Shown one piece after another: positions 62,460 through 64,000 of a stretch of 64,000 nt of DNA (the stretch's first letter is position 1; each line of letters begins with the position of its first letter). The notes beneath the pieces were generated by a model. It was not told the origin of the DNA, ran no database searches, and saw only the letters and a program-made list of their open reading frames with translations. The stretch covers positions 128,001-192,000 of the forward strand of contig CAXXFK010000010.1 in assembly GCA_963663965.2 (NCBI GenBank), in the 5' to 3' direction. This stretch comes from Sedimentisphaerales bacterium. Its GTDB lineage: Bacteria; Planctomycetota; Phycisphaerae; Sedimentisphaerales; SM23-30. A program made the translations under genes and the position numbers.

Positions 62460-64000
62460 TTAATCATGAAAACCATGGTCATATTTAGAGTTCAAATAAC
62501 TCATCACGATATCTATCTCGGCCATTGACAGCTGTTTGTTGTAAACCAGAATTTCGGCAACATCGCCATCGTACCAGTTGATCATTCCGAAACTTGGGTG
62601 CGCGCCGGCTCCCACGGTGATATCGTTTTTATTGGCGACAAAATCAATGTTATTTTCAGATCGATTCGTTAACATTTTAAGCGGGACGCCATCCACGGAA
62701 TAAAAGACATCGCCATAGCTGCTGCCCTGATTCAATTGACGGACACTGATATGCCACTCACCATATTCAAAGGGACTATCGGTCAAACAAAAACCATTAT
62801 TATCACGTGTCCCGCTCTCGTTCGAGCTTACATCACACCCAAAACTCTGAAACATCGCGCCACCTGTTCGACCGACCTGAACGACGCGTTGCGGGCGTTC
62901 AGCGATTCCACCTGTGCAGAAAATAAAAATGGTTACACCGGCCTTTTCATTCCATCGCCAGGTATCTGAAGCCAAAACCTGCTTTTGCTGAGGGGGCGCA
63001 TTATTGGGATCCTGGGGCTGTATGAATCGAACCGCGGGCATGCCATTACAGGCGTTCGCTTTGAATACCGGCATGCCATATCCCGGCATGGCGGAAAGTG
63101 TGCCGTCAACCCGATCACTCTTGGCTGAATCCGGCCATTTCGCCACGGATTCGCCGTCTTGCAACCATAGGGAATCCGCCTTCATGTGAATGATCAGCCC
63201 ATCTGTCGGAATGCTCGCTTCGCCGCGCCAGATAAAACGGCTTTCGGAAGAAATCTGACGGATAAACTGACTGCCATGAAACCGAATGGTCTGCATTTTT
63301 CCAGTTGTATCAACTCGAGTCGCCTGGTTCGCGGTAAGGTTGACAGGGGGACCCTTATGCCCTTTCAAGCCAGGTATAATCGCGGCTTTCCCATCCAACA
63401 TGTGAATTTCTGCAGACCCTTCCGTGTTGACATGGATACCAAATTCCGTACCCAGATCAATAATTTTTGATGACGGTGTGTCTACGGAAAATCCGGTCAT
63501 CTGCGAAGGAACGTACGCATGGAGTTTCCCGCAGGCTAACCGCACGCTCTCAGAAGTCAGACAGGAAAATGAGGATTCTCCTTCGATAATAACCTCCGCG
63601 CCATAATCAAAGCGCATTTTTATCACTCCGGATACTAAATGATATCCATCCTGGTAGTCATAAAAATTCTCGCCAATTCCGATTTTTCTTGTTCCTTCTT
63701 TCCATCGAGCATCGATCGTATCAACCAGAACCGCACATGCGGTTGTATTTGCCTTCTTTGCAGGAGAAAAATTTATATAAACGATTAAAGCAACTATCGC
63801 CGCCATCGACAGAAGGGCAAAATAGTGGCTGAATCGATTGATGGTTTGCGGGACTCTAAGGTATCTGGTCTTATGAATTCGCTCCCGGTCATCATAGTCT
63901 ATGGGCGCAAGAACATCAGTCGATGGCGCCTTTTTCTCCTCTTCCGCCAAGATCGACCAAAATTCCTCACTTAAAACCGGGTCATTCAGCTCTGCATACG
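62460..64000 (-). CDS. FecR-like transmembrane anti-sigma/sensor with C-terminal LamG-like domain (5' partial)
   Basis: Frame stays open to the window edge; one TM; GAEVIIEG, GFSVDTP..IIDLGTEFG FecR motif; LIIHMKAD..GDVAEILVYN. Confidence 0.85.
   Translation of the reverse strand, partial: YAELNDPVLSEEFWSILAEEEKKAPSTDVLAPIDYDDRERIHKTRYLRVPQTINRFSHYFALLSMAAIVALIVYINFSPAKKANTTACAVLVDTIDARWKEGTRKIGIGENFYDYQDGYHLVSGVIKMRFDYGAEVIIEGESSFSCLTSESVRLACGKLHAYVPSQMTGFSVDTPSSKIIDLGTEFGIHVNTEGSAEIHMLDGKAAIIPGLKGHKGPPVNLTANQATRVDTTGKMQTIRFHGSQFIRQISSESRFIWRGEASIPTDGLIIHMKADSLWLQDGESVAKWPDSAKSDRVDGTLSAMPGYGMPVFKANACNGMPAVRFIQPQDPNNAPPQQKQVLASDTWRWNEKAGVTIFIFCTGGIAERPQRVVQVGRTGGAMFQSFGCDVSSNESGTRDNNGFCLTDSPFEYGEWHISVRQLNQGSSYGDVFYSVDGVPLKMLTNRSENNIDFVANKNDITVGAGAHPSFGMINWYDGDVAEILVYNKQLSMAEIDIVMSYLNSKYDHGFHD

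Overview
64 kb of bacterial chromosome. The single-repeat dockerin-like tails, sulfatases, FecR-LamG protein and integrase type suggest Planctomycetota (Phycisphaerae/Sedimentisphaerales-like); this is an inference. From left to right it holds: the end of a thiol-redox/metal cluster (small Trx, DGC protein, Trx-NosL-MerB-like fusion, CcdA); a repeat-flanked AT-rich methyltransferase; metX-metW fusion and larE; a hybrid histidine kinase; a ycjF-like gene; tRNA-Gly; an AraC-associated sugar-acid locus hit by two MITEs; transporters; a housekeeping block (corC-like, ybeY, 7TM-HD, phoH, cdsA, uppS, purA, dacB); a partner-switching plus chemosensory operon with no MCP or CheY; tRNA-Pro with a decayed integrase; and a sulfatase/phosphoesterase operon downstream of a FecR-like gene. 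Best leads: (1) the FecR-like sensor domain is ~56% identical (hand alignment) to a domain of the secreted phosphoesterase encoded downstream; (2) an exported thioredoxin-NosL-MerB-like chimera next to CcdA; (3) a receptor-less Che operon joined to a sigma partner-switch module. All family calls come from motif recognition by eye; no database searches were run.
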